IMG/VR virus record: IMGVR_UViG_3300050120_000121
Coordinates: 35,905-99,904 of that record
DNA length: 64,000 nucleotides
From: a virus
Reading direction: 5' to 3' (one strand)
Shown: positions 51,544 through 60,811 of the stretch, piece by piece
Position numbering within the stretch: the stretch's first letter is position 1
Layout of the letters: the number at the start of each line of letters is the position of its first letter
Notes under the pieces: generated by a model
What the model saw: only the letters and a program-made list of their open reading frames with translations
Databases searched by the model: none
What the model was told of the DNA's origin: nothing
Program-made: the position numbers and the translations under genes

Positions 51544-52224
51544 ATGACTGTTGAATTTGTAGTCGCACCTCTGTTGACACGCAAGAAGTTCAATGACTTA
51601 ACTGGGAAAGAATATAGCTATTTGACCGTAGATTCGTTCGCTGGTGCTCTACCGATGTCAAATGGTAAAAAACAATCTCATTGGAATTGCGTTTGTCGTT
51701 GCGGAATCAGAATTTCAGCTATTCCTCATGGGCGACTGACGAGCGGAAATTCGGAAAGCTGCGGTTGTTTGTTTCTAGAGAGAGTCACTCATCACAACAT
51801 GGGGAAAACGGCTGAGTATAAAGCATGGGGAACGATGATTCAGCGATGCACCAACGACAGAAATCCAGCATGGAAGAATTATGGGGGTAGAGGAATTGCC
51901 GTTTGCGACGAGTGGCTGAAGTCGTTCATATCGTTTTTCGAATATGTTGGACCAAAGCCTACTCCAAAACACTCACTTGATCGGTTCCCAGATGTCAACG
52001 GGAACTATGAACCCGGCAATGTCCGTTGGGCCACGTCGAAGGAGCAAAGTCGGAACCGAAGGGGAACGAGATTGATTTCGTTCAATGGGGAAAGAAAATG
52101 TATTACCGATTGGGCTGAAATAGTTGGCATATCGTGTGGTGTTATTTGGGGTCGGTTGGATTCTGGATGGAGCGTAGAAATGGCGTTCACTGCTCCAGTA
52201 AAAAAGAAGAAAGAAAAACAATGA
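51544..52224 (+). CDS. Free-standing HNH homing endonuclease
   Basis: W.C.C.CG, SCGC, EY..W..M.QRC, YGGRGI.VC.EW, SLDR.PD.NGNYEPGN.RWAT. Confidence 0.88.
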   Translation: MTVEFVVAPLLTRKKFNDLTGKEYSYLTVDSFAGALPMSNGKKQSHWNCVCRCGIRISAIPHGRLTSGNSESCGCLFLERVTHHNMGKTAEYKAWGTMIQRCTNDRNPAWKNYGGRGIAVCDEWLKSFISFFEYVGPKPTPKHSLDRFPDVNGNYEPGNVRWATSKEQSRNRRGTRLISFNGERKCITDWAEIVGISCGVIWGRLDSGWSVEMAFTAPVKKKKEKQ

Positions 52225-53318
52225 TTGTTCTTGATAGGGCGTTGTTTACGACCAATTTTTCGGTTGCATGTGCGGCAGTGCCGTCCAAGACATCTAAGGA
52301 TGTTTTGAAGTCGGTGATGCTGACCACAGACGGCGAACTCTTGACGCGCAGTGCATCAGACGGCGAGGTTCACTTAAAATCCACGTTGCCGCATCAAGGC
52401 GAGAAAATCAAGGTCCTGCTCCCCGCCGCCCGCGTATTGGCGATTCTGCGAGAATTGGACGGCGAAACACTGAAGTTGACCGTCAAGCCGAACAAACTGC
52501 GAATCCAGTGTGGTTCAGCGGATTTCGACATCGGCATCAGTGACGCAGCCGACTATCCCGAAGTGCCAACATTTGACGCAGATTCGTATTGGGAGATTGA
52601 ACCGCAAGCGTTTCGCGAAGCCATCAGGCGAACCGTGTTTTGCGTCGATATGGATAGTGCCCGCTACGCATTGGCGGGGATTCAGTTTGAACTTGGCGAA
52701 AAGATGACGCTCGCTTCAACGGATTCGCGGAGGTTGTCGGTTCAAACGCTCGCGGCGAAAGCTGTCAATAATCCTCCAGTTCCAAACCTCGCGGCATGTC
52801 CTGTAGTGCCAGCGAAAGCCGTGAAGCTGGTCGAGAAGTCGTTAGAGATCGGAACGCCAGTTCAAGTTTCATGCCGATCCAATGACGCGAGTTTTCGAAA
52901 CGGCAACATCTCGATCACAACGCAACTACTTCAAGGGCGATTCCCAGATTGGCGAAAAGTCATCCCCAAGAAGTTTATCAACAAGATTCTGATTCCCGTG
53001 AATCCGTTCGCACAACTATTGCGTCAGGCTGGAGTGATGGAGAGCGAAGAATCGCGAGCAACTGATTTGACGTTTGACAAAGGGACACTCAAGGCACAAT
53101 CCGCGTCAACCGAAATTGGACAGGCAAAAAGTGAAATCCCGATTCCAAACGATCAAGAACCGATGACAATCAGCTTGGACGGCCGATACGTTCGCGAATA
53201 TCTGAAATGCCTTGACGCTGGCGAATCGGTGGAAGTCTGTTTGGTCGCACCGGATGACCGAGTGTTATTTCGCGTTGGCGAGTTTTTGCATGTAATCATG
53301 CCGCTGTCGAAGGATTGA
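52221..53318 (+). CDS. dnaN: DNA polymerase III beta sliding clamp (phage-encoded)
   Basis: DYP.VP, RYAL.G, STDSRRL, L.GRFP.WRKVIP, VIMPL. Confidence 0.92.
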   Translation: MIVLDRALFTTNFSVACAAVPSKTSKDVLKSVMLTTDGELLTRSASDGEVHLKSTLPHQGEKIKVLLPAARVLAILRELDGETLKLTVKPNKLRIQCGSADFDIGISDAADYPEVPTFDADSYWEIEPQAFREAIRRTVFCVDMDSARYALAGIQFELGEKMTLASTDSRRLSVQTLAAKAVNNPPVPNLAACPVVPAKAVKLVEKSLEIGTPVQVSCRSNDASFRNGNISITTQLLQGRFPDWRKVIPKKFINKILIPVNPFAQLLRQAGVMESEESRATDLTFDKGTLKAQSASTEIGQAKSEIPIPNDQEPMTISLDGRYVREYLKCLDAGESVEVCLVAPDDRVLFRVGEFLHVIMPLSKD

Positions 53319-53774
53319 AACTCCTGTCGAACATTCGCGAACGGGGTCGACTCGGCAACTCAATGGATCGGCTATGCGTTTGATGAGCCGAAACGGTGGA
53401 AGGATAAATGTGGTGTGTCAAAAGCGGATCTGCCATTTGACGGACCGTGGGGAATTCGGTTTCCGCTGGTCGAACTCGGCATACTCAGCATTGATTGCTC
53501 CGTCATCATCCGCAAGGCTGGCCTGAAGCCAGTCAAGAAATCACGCTGTTGGATGTATCCTAATCAACCGAATAAGGAATGGAAAGAACTCAAGGAAGAG
53601 TCGCCAGAAGAATTTGAGAAAGCATGCATCGTCGATGAGGAGATACGAGAAGCGGACTTCGAGCATGCGTTTTTTCTTCATCAAAGTGGCGTGCCATTGA
53701 GGGAAGCTGATTTAGATGCTGGCGACAGAAAAGCACCGAATAGACAATGCTCTCTGGGAATCTGTTTTGTGTGA
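53315..53774 (+). pseudogene. Truncated PAPS-reductase-like (adenine nucleotide alpha hydrolase) gene
   Basis: Only the C-terminal half remains: WIGY..DE..R, FPL, DC, KSRCWMYP, FLH.S..PL; N-terminal catalytic region absent. Confidence 0.6.
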
Positions 53775-53978
53775 CGACTGACATTGCAAACGAGCATGTG
53801 CCTCGTTACAACTCCGCCGAAAACGCGAAGTGCGAACGCGACATTTTTAACATTTGCGAACTCAGCCGATCTATTGCAACAGGACTCGCACTCTTGTTTA
53901 ACTACCGTGTCAATCTCTCTTTTGCGGGATTGGCGTTAATACCTCAGTGGATGGTTTTCGCAAGCGGTTCACGGGGCG

Positions 53979-54506
53979 GTGGGCTTTAGGTCGGCTGAAT
54001 TTCTGGAGGGACTGAGAATGGTCACTGAAACGGTCGAACCGCCTCCAATTCCAGGACGTTTCCGAAAAACTCGAACCGTCGAATGGTGGGGATATAAATC
54101 GGAAGTGACTCCCGCGATCGTTGATGCATATCTTGGCAATGGCCGGCGACTGTTGAGATTCCAACCTCTGAATACGCGACCAGACTATTATCTGATCCGC
54201 ATTGATTCCAAGTGGGATTGCGGCGGCGACAAGTTCATTGACGAACATTTGGATGACATCATCGAAGCGATCATCAACCAGTACAGCGAAATGGAACGTG
54301 AGCGTGAATATATTGAGGAAAATCTTCGGGAGCAGGGAATTGAGGTCACTGGCGACAACACGGACTTGGATGGGAACGAGGATCGACGTGCATGGCAGCT
54401 AAAGCGCAGCGAGCTTCCATTCGAAAATCCGGTAATACAAAATCAGCGAGCATTGTTTGATGTCAGTTGCGAAGGTGAATTGAACACAATCAAGGAAACG
54501 AAATAA
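53979..54506 (+). CDS. Hypothetical protein
   Basis: GGAGG RBS; likely start near 54018. Confidence 0.55.
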   Translation: MGFRSAEFLEGLRMVTETVEPPPIPGRFRKTRTVEWWGYKSEVTPAIVDAYLGNGRRLLRFQPLNTRPDYYLIRIDSKWDCGGDKFIDEHLDDIIEAIINQYSEMEREREYIEENLREQGIEVTGDNTDLDGNEDRRAWQLKRSELPFENPVIQNQRALFDVSCEGELNTIKETK

Positions 54507-55918
54507 TGGCGACAAAGCAGAAACCGACGAAGGCAGAACTGTCAACGGCAACTGATGCTGGCATGGACGCTCGAAAATCATGGGTCGATGGCGGACCTAA
54601 GCCAGAGTGCGATTATGCAGACGGTCCGCTGATGACGGCATGGTCAAACGGCTGGCGAGGTCAAGACGACTTTGAGAAAAAGCAGACTGTTGAACTCGCT
54701 GGCGGAATTGTGGTGGAAGTGGTCGACGGAAAAGTTGAGCATGATGTTGTCACTGACGGCGAAACTCAACTTGAATCGCACGGCCACAACGTCACCGATC
54801 CAGAAGTCGCCGAACATCGCGAAGAATTGGCCGGACTGATGACGGCATTCGACAATCACGGCGTTCAGATCGTTGAGGAGCAATGGCGAGCGTTGAGCGA
54901 CAACGAACGATCCGTAGCGGCGAAATGGGCGAATGACATGCGAATCGGTGAAGTCCGTCCGTGTCCTGAATTCTTGCTGAAGTTTGCGACCGAAGAATTG
55001 AAAGCGGCATCGGTTCAACATCACGCTGTTCAAGCCGAACAACGGCGAATCTTGGTTTGTTGCCGGTTTCTGAAGCCGTCCGCGATTCTGCCGACAGGCG
55101 ACGAAGGCGAAGATGCCTTGAAAATGACGTTGGTAATTCCCGATTCGGAACTCAATCGCCCGTCATTGGCGGAAGAGTTTCTGCACGGGAAACGGCTCAA
55201 CATTGAATTCAGCAGACGCTCAGCCGACCCAGCGAAATGGCAACCGGAACTACCGGGATGCGAAACGATGCCAGAAATCATCGAATGCGTGAGCGATGTC
55301 AAAGGCTACTCTCGCAACATGACCGCGTACAAATTCGCGTTCAAGATTTCCACGGACCTGATCGACGACAACTCGGCAAATCGAGAGTATGCCAAACAGG
55401 ATGGATCGGTTCGATTGACGTTGATTGGCGACATTCCAGCGAAGAAAAAAGAGGAAGAACCGACAGCGGCGATTATCGAGAAGTCACGACCGTTGCCATC
55501 AGGTCCAAGTCTGTTCGGAGATGACGAGTCAGAATCAGACGACGATTCAGATGTCCCCTATGTCGAGCAATGCGGACCCGACGGCGAGTTCTTTTCACCA
55601 GACGAATATATCGTCGATTCACACGTTCCGCACGCTTCGACAATCATTTCCATCGGCATCAAGGACGGGTCGTATTACGGTTCAATTGACACGGTGTTTT
55701 TCGATGACGAGGGCAATGAATTCTCGGAAGATTGGGGAAACCCGCAACTTTCAAATGGAGGATCGGCAAGTCTGTCATTGGCCGTTCAGAAGGAAATCGG
55801 AACCGCGATTGACTATCTGATGGAAAAGAACGCATCCGCGAAATGCCTCAAGGACTTACGGGACGAACTGAAACGACTTGAAGACGGCGGCGAACCTCGA
55901 TTGATGCCGGAGGAATAA
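54506..55918 (+). CDS. Acidic hypothetical protein
   Basis: 470-aa ORF, AAGGA RBS. Confidence 0.65.
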   Translation: MATKQKPTKAELSTATDAGMDARKSWVDGGPKPECDYADGPLMTAWSNGWRGQDDFEKKQTVELAGGIVVEVVDGKVEHDVVTDGETQLESHGHNVTDPEVAEHREELAGLMTAFDNHGVQIVEEQWRALSDNERSVAAKWANDMRIGEVRPCPEFLLKFATEELKAASVQHHAVQAEQRRILVCCRFLKPSAILPTGDEGEDALKMTLVIPDSELNRPSLAEEFLHGKRLNIEFSRRSADPAKWQPELPGCETMPEIIECVSDVKGYSRNMTAYKFAFKISTDLIDDNSANREYAKQDGSVRLTLIGDIPAKKKEEEPTAAIIEKSRPLPSGPSLFGDDESESDDDSDVPYVEQCGPDGEFFSPDEYIVDSHVPHASTIISIGIKDGSYYGSIDTVFFDDEGNEFSEDWGNPQLSNGGSASLSLAVQKEIGTAIDYLMEKNASAKCLKDLRDELKRLEDGGEPRLMPEE

Positions 55919-56081
55919 CCGATGCTGTTCAATATCTGGATCACCGGTGTCGTCTTGACGTTCATATATCTGTCCACAGATCCCGTTTTGCGTGACGCTG
56001 GGTCGCTCAACGGAATCATGTCTGTCGTTTGGCCATTCACGTGGATTTGAGCGACGAAGGCAAAGTCGGAAAGGGCTGTGA

Positions 56082-56960
56082 TTGAAAACAACGCGAACCA
56101 AGAAATCCAAAGTCGCCTGCGAATGGATGGAATGCACAGTTCTCGACGCGATTGAAAGCCAGCACGAAGGAACCGAAAAAGGCGTCTTTCTGCGTGGCGT
56201 CCGGGATGCGACAGGATTCGGGTCGTCTCGCACGGCAGATGGCTTGTATATGGGCTGTTGGCAATCAGTCGGCGTGCAACTTCACGGATTCGAAGTCAAG
56301 GTCTCGCGTGGCGATTGGCTCAGGGAAATTCAGGACGTTTCGAAGGCCGGTTGTTTTGAGAAATTCTGTCAGTACTGGTGGATTGCCGTTCCCGATGGCA
56401 TCGTTGAATTGGCGGAAATGCCAGCACAATGGGGATTGAAAGTCGTCTCAAAAAACGAGAACGGATCGTATTCGGTTCGCGTCAAGAAAGCGGCGACGAT
56501 CAATCCGAATGCGTCACTTGATTACCGTTTCTTCGCGTCATGTCTGCGTCAGTGCAAGCGGGAAGATCCAATCGCAGCAGAGATCGAGCAGATTCGTCAG
56601 TCAGCCTACAAGGCAGGCGAGGAATTCGGCCGATCCCAAAATAGAACTCAGTGGGAATTGGATCGCGAGCGAGGCGAGATAGATAAATTAAGGAAGAAAG
56701 TCAAGGAATTCGAGGAGGCGTCAGGAGTTCACATATTTGATGGATGGAACCGACACCAAAAGATCGGAAAAGCCGTTCAGCACGTTCTCGATCACGGAAC
56801 CTGTCCCCACGACCGTCTTCAAATGATTATTGACCATTGCGACAGAGTGAAACTTGATCTTCAGCAACTGATCGAAGAATCAAAACAAACAGACCCTCCC
56901 GCGCCGAGAGAGTCTGTCGATGAGAACAGCGAAGCCAGTTATCCGACGCTCGCTGATTGA
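56082..56960 (+). CDS. MmcB-like PD-(D/E)xK nuclease-fold protein
   Basis: R.AD, G.EVKVSR.DW..E, C.YWW...P, E.P..WGL. Confidence 0.75.
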   Translation: MKTTRTKKSKVACEWMECTVLDAIESQHEGTEKGVFLRGVRDATGFGSSRTADGLYMGCWQSVGVQLHGFEVKVSRGDWLREIQDVSKAGCFEKFCQYWWIAVPDGIVELAEMPAQWGLKVVSKNENGSYSVRVKKAATINPNASLDYRFFASCLRQCKREDPIAAEIEQIRQSAYKAGEEFGRSQNRTQWELDRERGEIDKLRKKVKEFEEASGVHIFDGWNRHQKIGKAVQHVLDHGTCPHDRLQMIIDHCDRVKLDLQQLIEESKQTDPPAPRESVDENSEASYPTLAD

Positions 56961-57157
56961 TTTGGAGTCAGGCAAGTCATCAATTCTGGCCGTTTAGCGG
57001 CCATCTTGTGAGATTGGCGAAAGTCTGCGAGTGGACCACGATCAAGATCGACAACGCCAAAACGGTTGCGGAATAGATCGAGAATTCTCGCACCTTCCTC
57101 GGGTGAGATAGTTCTCGATGCCTCGGATTCGAGGTCGAATAGGGTTGCGGTTGTCAT
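56939..57157 (-). CDS. Small hypothetical protein, divergent from the late-like operon
   Basis: AAGGA RBS before MTTATLF. Confidence 0.5.
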   Translation of the reverse strand: MTTATLFDLESEASRTISPEEGARILDLFRNRFGVVDLDRGPLADFRQSHKMAAKRPELMTCLTPNQSASVG

Positions 57158-57187
57158 GTGCGGATTCCTTTCGGACAGAAAACGGGA

Positions 57188-57214
57188 TTGACAGAACAAA
57201 AATGTTCTATCTTG
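57188..57214. promoter_or_regulatory. TTGACA overlapped by palindrome AGAACA-N4-TGTTCT
   Basis: Lies in the divergent intergenic gap. Confidence 0.45.
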
Positions 57215-57294
57215 ACGTATCACACGTTGGGCGGCATGATTGCCCGCGAATGGCGGAATGATCCGCGACATAATTCGAATCAAATTGGAGTCAG

Positions 57295-57594
57295 TTGATG
57301 AAGCTCACAGCGGTAATGATTTTTCTGGTGGCAACGAGTTCACTGGCGGAAGCTGGTTCGCGAAGTCGTACGGTGACGGTAAGTACGTCGCAAACGGCAA
57401 GACAAAGCGATGAGCCGCGATTGGGTTCCGTGGTCGAAAAGACGGTTTTGGTTCGTCCGCGACTGGTCGGCCGAGTCTATGTTCCTGTTTCAGCGGTCGC
57501 GGTCAGCACAACCGAGACGACTCGAACGACCAGAAAAACGAAGTGCCAGTGCGGTTGCGGTCGCAGTTCCGCGAAATGCCAATGCGGAAAATGA
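57295..57594 (+). CDS. Small secreted basic protein with Cys-rich C-terminus
   Basis: Signal peptide ending AEA; CQCGCG....KCQCGK. Confidence 0.65.
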   Translation: MMKLTAVMIFLVATSSLAEAGSRSRTVTVSTSQTARQSDEPRLGSVVEKTVLVRPRLVGRVYVPVSAVAVSTTETTRTTRKTKCQCGCGRSSAKCQCGK

Positions 57595-57645
57595 ATCGGC
57601 GTTTCCGAAACTCTTAAACTGAATCTATAATCCCAATCTGTTGGG

Positions 57646-58341
57646 ATGGTGATGAAAAAACTTGAAATAGCTGATGGCGAAACAATTGGGATTCTGACGG
57701 CTATTCGGGATGCTGGATTGAAAAAAGTTGGGAAGGTGTTTCGAACGTCCACGTTGTTTCTGTGTAAATGCGGAAAAGAAACGGTTATCACAAATTCCGA
57801 TGCCAGATCCGGGAAAATCAAATCGTGTGGATGCCTTCGCGTCGGCCCTCCAAAAAAGCATGGGCATGCAGCGACGTACAATCCTTCCATAGAATATCGG
57901 ACATGGTCAGCAATGATTGGTAGATGCAGCGAATCTAGCCGCGGAAAAAAAGGCGGAAAGAGATATGTTGATCGGGGGATCATTGTTTGCGAGCGATGGA
58001 AGGATTTCGAGAATTTTCTTGCTGATATGGGACCGCGATTGTCAGTCCAGAACAGCATTGACAGGTTCCCCGATCAGGACGGAAATTACGAACCGGGAAA
58101 CTGCCGTTGGGCCACGAGCATCCAACAGGCAAACAACACATCCGCGAATGTGTGTCTCACATTTTACGGCAAGACAATGACTCTTACCGAATGGTCTAGA
58201 ATTAGTCTCGTGCATTCGAACACAATACGAATGAGACTCAGAAAAGGGTGGAGCGAAAAACTGGCAGTATGGACGCCAACGATGGTTGGAAGGTTCCAAA
58301 AAGGAAACAGAAGCAAGCGGTGGGCTCCATTGTCCACATAA
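57646..58341 (+). CDS. Free-standing HNH homing endonuclease (paralog of 51544-52224)
   Basis: C.CG, SCGC, EY.TW..M..RC, RGI.VC.RW, IDRFPD.DGNYEPGN.RWAT. Confidence 0.88.
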   Translation: MVMKKLEIADGETIGILTAIRDAGLKKVGKVFRTSTLFLCKCGKETVITNSDARSGKIKSCGCLRVGPPKKHGHAATYNPSIEYRTWSAMIGRCSESSRGKKGGKRYVDRGIIVCERWKDFENFLADMGPRLSVQNSIDRFPDQDGNYEPGNCRWATSIQQANNTSANVCLTFYGKTMTLTEWSRISLVHSNTIRMRLRKGWSEKLAVWTPTMVGRFQKGNRSKRWAPLST

Positions 58342-58509
58342 AACACCAGATGGCGGCGACGTCCGATAACAGTCGCAACTATACCAAAGGTTGAGCGGCA
58401 ACTGCTTGGGTGACGACGTAAGCCGAATACAAGATCAATTCTCGAATCATGTTGACCGACGCATGGATCGGTAGTGAATCGAGACGGCGAATCATCGAAA
58501 GTTGCAAAT

Positions 58510-58585
58510 GGCGAGATAGAGAAGCCCGGTCCATCTCGTGAGCCTCATAAGCTCAAGATCGGTGGTTCAAATCCACCTCTCGCCC
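58510..58585 (+). tRNA. tRNA with CAU anticodon (Met-like, atypical)
   Basis: GGCGAGA/TCTCGCC acceptor, GAGA/TCTC D stem, TGAGC-CTCATAA-GCTCA, GGTGG-TTCAAAT-CCACC; CCA not encoded. Confidence 0.9.
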
Positions 58586-58619
58586 CTGAATCACAAATCC
58601 CTTCTAGTCAGGACGAAAC

Positions 58620-58901
58620 ATGCCCGCAAATCTGCCAACTCCCGCTCCTGTCCCAACGTTGTTCGAATCCATTGAAGCTCGTGCATTGGCGGTCGAGACG
58701 TGCGTTGAAACACATCTCAAAGCGGTTTCCGTCGCCGGATTGACGAAACTCAATGCCGTCATCGCGAATAGCGGAACTCTGCCGTTCGGATTGGAGCCGT
58801 ACAAGGTGGAAGTCGAGTCTTTTTTGTCCGACGCTCTGATCCTGGCACAATTGGCCGCTCAATTGGGACTCATCACGGCAACACCAGCGACTCCCGCATA
58901 A
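58620..58901 (+). CDS. Small hydrophobic protein
   Basis: AGGA RBS; Ala/Leu-rich C-terminus. Confidence 0.6.
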   Translation: MPANLPTPAPVPTLFESIEARALAVETCVETHLKAVSVAGLTKLNAVIANSGTLPFGLEPYKVEVESFLSDALILAQLAAQLGLITATPATPA

Positions 58902-58948
58902 TTCACGCTCAATATCAGCAGGACGCACAAATCAATCGAAGGGACGCG

Positions 58949-59437
58949 ATGAGCAAAACACTATGGGTCGGGGTTGGATGTCTGGTTGTATTTGTCGCGT
59001 CTCTTGGCATGTGCCTACATTTGGCGTCGATTCCGCAAGTCATGTCTGCCACGGATGGACCGCCTCCAACAATCACTTGGACATCCCTTTGGGGAATGAT
59101 CGCATCTGGTGCGTTTGTTCCGATGGTATTGGCGTTCTGGAAGGAACATCAGTCACAGATTGATTCCGCGACAACGGCGATTCAGGGAGTGGTCACAACC
59201 GTTACCGGAAATGCGAAGTCGTCAACGGCAATTGAAGCGGTCTCTTCCGCTCTGGCATACGCTGCGAACAAGACCGACGCGAACGCGAAAGCACGGTTTG
59301 TAAACGCTCAGTTGGCAGAAATTCGCGACATCATGGGCAATGATTCAGCGATTGCCAATCCGCTCAATGCTCTCGTGATTGCCATCACGAACGCACAATT
59401 CCCAGTTGATCCTCTCAAGATTTCGGTTCTCAAGTAA
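58949..59437 (+). CDS. Membrane protein with two TM segments (holin/spanin-like candidate)
   Basis: Hydrophobic segments near aa 5-26 and 42-63, soluble helical tail. Confidence 0.55.
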   Translation: MSKTLWVGVGCLVVFVASLGMCLHLASIPQVMSATDGPPPTITWTSLWGMIASGAFVPMVLAFWKEHQSQIDSATTAIQGVVTTVTGNAKSSTAIEAVSSALAYAANKTDANAKARFVNAQLAEIRDIMGNDSAIANPLNALVIAITNAQFPVDPLKISVLK

Positions 59438-59447
59438 AGGTCCGCAC

Positions 59448-59906
59448 ATGCGAAAATGGATGTTCGGACTTGTTTGCGTTCTGGTCATCGGATGCACTGT
59501 CAGCGAACGCGGGATTACGTTCAATTGGGGCGGCAAGTCTGGTCCCGTTTCTCCGGTCAATCCCGTTCAGCCGATCACAACACATGAGTTTCGGTGTCTT
59601 TTCATCCGAGACAATGCCACAGATTCAAAGGTCACATCAACTCAGCGGGCAATGTTGACGGGCGGAAACACTCGCAAGTTTCTGGAAGAGAACTGCGTCA
59701 AGGTTGGCGACGATCCAGGACATCGGTACGTCGACAAAACGACTGAGCTTTCAGGGATATGGAAAGACATGGTCGCGAAATATCCCCCAACGGGTTATCC
59801 GTGGGTGATTCTGACAAACGGTGCGGATGGCGAAGGATTTCTGTTGCCAAACGACTTCGAGCCGGAATTCACAGCGAAAATGAACAAATACGCGGGGGTC
59901 AAATGA
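59448..59906 (+). CDS. Lipoprotein
   Basis: MRKWMFGLVCVLVIG|C lipobox, Pro-rich linker. Confidence 0.7.
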   Translation: MRKWMFGLVCVLVIGCTVSERGITFNWGGKSGPVSPVNPVQPITTHEFRCLFIRDNATDSKVTSTQRAMLTGGNTRKFLEENCVKVGDDPGHRYVDKTTELSGIWKDMVAKYPPTGYPWVILTNGADGEGFLLPNDFEPEFTAKMNKYAGVK

Positions 59907-60691
59907 GCGATCTATTTGTCATCAACGATACGAACGCCGATCAGCATGCCAGAGATACATCCCATCTGTGCGGCTGCTTGCCAAGACGTGAAGTGTTTGG
60001 AGCATTGCCGTTCGCAAGTCCCGCTCCGATTGATTTAATCGCTTGGGAGGACATGCCGGACATGATTTCGGATCAAGCGAAAAATAAGAATTCACTTGTC
60101 GATATCTGGCAAGACTCGAAGATCGGAATTTTGAATCAGGGCCAACTCAATTATTGCTGGAGTTTCAGCGGTGTAATGGCATTGATGCTTCAGAGGGAGG
60201 TTGACGGGCTTCCGTTCGTTCATCTGTCGCCAAGCTCGGTCGCTGGGCCTGTGGTCAACTATCAGAACTGCGGATGGTATATTGAAGACTGCTTAAAGCG
60301 AATGTGTTCGGACGGGGCGAGTTCAATCGAATTCGTTCCAGAAACGACATGCAATGCGGCCGACTTCAAGCCGGGTTGGAAAGAATCCGCGTCAATGAAC
60401 AAGGTCACAATGTGGCAGGACGTTGGATCAAATGTTCAGGCACAGAACACGAAGTTATTGAGGAATCAGCCGCTGGCCGTTGCCCATTCGTGGTGGTCTC
60501 ATGCAATCGTTCACCTGAGATTGACGGACGACAATCCGAAACTGCCCGCGAATAACCCGCTTCGATATGGTCGCGACCCGTTAAATTCATGGGGCGCTGG
60601 GTACGGAAAGAATGGACTATTCCATCTGACGGGACAGCATTCAATCGCCGATCAATCGTATGGGATTCTTGAAGTCAAATTTGCGGCGTGA
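59903..60691 (+). CDS. Papain-like (C1-type) cysteine peptidase
   Basis: NQG..NYCW.FS, LSP.S, SHAI, NSWG..YG.NG. Confidence 0.85.
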   Translation: MSDLFVINDTNADQHARDTSHLCGCLPRREVFGALPFASPAPIDLIAWEDMPDMISDQAKNKNSLVDIWQDSKIGILNQGQLNYCWSFSGVMALMLQREVDGLPFVHLSPSSVAGPVVNYQNCGWYIEDCLKRMCSDGASSIEFVPETTCNAADFKPGWKESASMNKVTMWQDVGSNVQAQNTKLLRNQPLAVAHSWWSHAIVHLRLTDDNPKLPANNPLRYGRDPLNSWGAGYGKNGLFHLTGQHSIADQSYGILEVKFAA

Positions 60692-60721
60692 GTCGTAGTC
60701 TCTTTCCACGGAAGGAAAATC

Positions 60722-60811
60722 ATGCAATCCCTCTCAAACTGGCTCAATGCAATCCATGTGATTGGGGGTCTCATCGCTTTCGCCGCAGAGGTGTTGGCGG
60801 TGACACAGTGA
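60722..60811 (+). CDS. 29-aa hydrophobic peptide
   Basis: GAAGGA RBS; MQSLSNWLNAIHVIGGLIAFAAEVLAVTQ; GTGA overlap with next gene. Confidence 0.5.
   Translation: MQSLSNWLNAIHVIGGLIAFAAEVLAVTQ

Noticed and set aside
57193-57208. LexA box
   Set aside because: GAAC-N6-GTTC spacing does not match the LexA motifs I know; kept only as a generic palindrome.
51380-58500. Group I introns hosting the two paralogous HNH genes
   Set aside because: No split exon reading frames or recognisable conserved intron core could be found by eye; treated as free-standing.
58510-58585. tRNA as prophage attachment site
   Set aside because: Phage genes continue on both sides, and no duplicated 3' tRNA fragment or integrase was seen.
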